Positions 62,345 through 64,000 of a stretch of DNA of 64,000 nt are shown piece after piece; positions within the stretch are counted from its first letter, which is position 1; each line of letters starts with the position of its first letter. A program made the translations under genes and the position numbers. The stretch comes from Fistulifera solaris (Eukaryota): NCBI GenBank assembly GCA_030295235.1, contig AP026127.1:744001-808000 (forward strand). The letters are read 5' to 3'. A model generated the notes under the pieces. It worked only from the letters and a program-made list of their open reading frames with translations. It did not search any database and had not been told where the DNA came from.

Positions 62345-63394
62345 ATGATATCGAGCATAGAATGGATTCCCTCAAGTTCCAACAGGATCGAAAAAGCTTC
62401 AACAGTTAGTAAAATCCCAATGAAGGAGAAGATGCGATTACAGGATCGTTGGCGACAGGCTTCCGAACGATGCCAACATATCGAGACAGCGCGAGCTTCA
62501 GGATCCACAACAGTGGTGCATCAAATGGATGTTGTGTTTGGTTCCGATCCTGAAACTAGTAGCGATCACATCGGAAATATCCAGTTTCATCACCTCGTGG
62601 AGTACAACAAATCCATTTGGCAAGCGCTTCCGAAGCGAAATCGTATCTTGGTTGCACGCTCCATAGTTGACACGATCATGCGAAGTGGAGGCCGATTTCT
62701 AAGCCAAGAAAGCATCTGTGTCAAGGACAGAAATGTTGCTCACTGGACTGTGATGAGTTACGGCGAGGCCATTCTGAAAACGATGGACGCGTTAAGTGAG
62801 AGTAGCAGGTCGATAGTCTTCGCCCCTCTTGGTCGACTCCGAAACGATGAAATGAACGACAAACCACCCATTCACTCGTTTACCAAATCGCTTGCCAATG
62901 GTCCTATTGCAAAAGAGAAGGAGCGAGAGAGTTCTACTGTGTGGCGTTCAATGCAAGACAACTTTACAAAATCCGATTATGACTGTGCGGAAGTGAGTTC
63001 TGAGATAGGAGGTAAAGGTAGAGCCGCAGCAGCGTCAAAGGGAAAATACGCCACTTTTCGTCCTCTAAAACTCCAGTCAAGGTATCAGGGCCCGACATAT
63101 GCTGACAATAACATTGCGAAAACGCTCGTTTCATCTGAAATCTTGTCGTCGTCATCTACCGAAACGACCTCCGAATCTACATGCAGTGAAGATAGTCCGG
63201 AAAGTAGCAGCGAACATGACCAAGCGACCAGGTCAAATATCTGGCGATTTGGCTCATTCAATGTCGCTTCTTTTCGAACTGGACTCAAGAAGGTGAATCG
63301 AGTGGCTCGACAACCTTTTCGGAGCAAGCGACTTCATCCTATCGTAAAATTGCATGAGACAGGATCCAGCACAGTACTAAGTGGATCTTGGTAG
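62345..63394 (+). CDS. DUF6824-domain protein (diatom-expanded family)
   Basis: DVVFG......HIGNIQFHHLV.....W......R...ARSIVDTI..SGGRFL.....W......AILKT..AL. Confidence 0.75.
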   Translation: MISSIEWIPSSSNRIEKASTVSKIPMKEKMRLQDRWRQASERCQHIETARASGSTTVVHQMDVVFGSDPETSSDHIGNIQFHHLVEYNKSIWQALPKRNRILVARSIVDTIMRSGGRFLSQESICVKDRNVAHWTVMSYGEAILKTMDALSESSRSIVFAPLGRLRNDEMNDKPPIHSFTKSLANGPIAKEKERESSTVWRSMQDNFTKSDYDCAEVSSEIGGKGRAAAASKGKYATFRPLKLQSRYQGPTYADNNIAKTLVSSEILSSSSTETTSESTCSEDSPESSSEHDQATRSNIWRFGSFNVASFRTGLKKVNRVARQPFRSKRLHPIVKLHETGSSTVLSGSW

Positions 63395-63658
63395 GCCTTT
63401 TTGTTACCGATCATCGTACTCCCGTGTAACTACTTTCATACACTTCCTGGATGGTTTCCGTGGGTAAAATTGTGTATGAACTGCTTCCTTCTTGCCATTA
63501 TAAAAAATATATAACGGCACGCTGCTTGTTTCAAAGATGAATTTGGAGAGGCGTTCCAGTGGATACTGGGCATAATATCTCGCACTTTTAAAGCTTTAAC
63601 AATGAAGCTGTCGGCTATCCAGCCGGAGCCGGTTATAATGGTGTTGGCAAAATAGGCG

Positions 63659-63725
63659 AGATCCGGGTTAGCCTCTGTCGATAAATTTCCTACGGCGGCT
63701 ACGTGAAATACACGTCGACTTTCGA
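63659..63725 (+). repeat. Dispersed copy of the 19050/19263 repeat core
   Basis: ATCCGGGTTAGCCTCTGTCGATAAATTTCCTACGGCGGCTACGTGAAAT versus ATCCGGGTACCCCCTCTGTCGATAAATTCCCCTACGAGCGCTACGTGAAAC. Confidence 0.75.
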
Positions 63726-64000
63726 AGACATTTCCATGACCACTGCGACGAAGCGTTTTTTCGTTCGGAGGTTGAACTTTTATTCTCTTTCTCTTCCGGT
63801 CAAAAGCAGTTCATTATAGACCTTTGATACAACTATTATATGTTCATTATCAGTTAATACATTCTTATTTGTCAATTAACAATGGTTTTACGGCTGATTT
63901 GCTGAGAAAGTTGCTCTTGTAACGTCTCAAATCCCACAACAATGAGGATGGACCGTTTTTCCCGGACTACGGACGGCAGGAATTGGCTGCTGGTGGCGTC

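Overview
Eukaryotic nuclear DNA, almost certainly from a pennate diatom. Evidence: compact genes, 60-90 bp GT-AG introns, ASAFAP-type bipartite plastid signals, and diatom-typical HMG, DUF6824, GDPH/vWD and RXL-motif proteins. About 28 protein-coding genes are supportable. Many carry single-base frameshifts in homopolymer runs, most likely unpolished long-read errors. Housekeeping genes include hemF, ribosome recycling factor, EndoG, an enoyl-CoA isomerase, an LCAT/PDAT-family acyltransferase and a BaiN-family flavoprotein. Protein highlights: (1) a large secreted vWD/GDPH + knottin + 8x SdrD-B adhesin whose introns record a two-domain duplication; (2) a coral SAARP/CARP4-like acidic protein; (3) a plasmepsin-V-like protease with both catalytic Asp lost; (4) a globin with the ancestral B12.2 intron; (5) three tandem HMG-box paralogs; (6) a membrane-anchored polymorphic-toxin-type HNH domain; (7) an inverted pair of silaffin/cingulin-like KG/DY proteins enclosing an ART-like gene. 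Non-coding highlights: a palindromic 216-bp satellite next to a CENP-K-like gene, a strongly enriched intergenic TACCWGGTA palindrome, and a bias towards 7-bp microduplications. All family calls are from motif recognition by eye; no database search was run.
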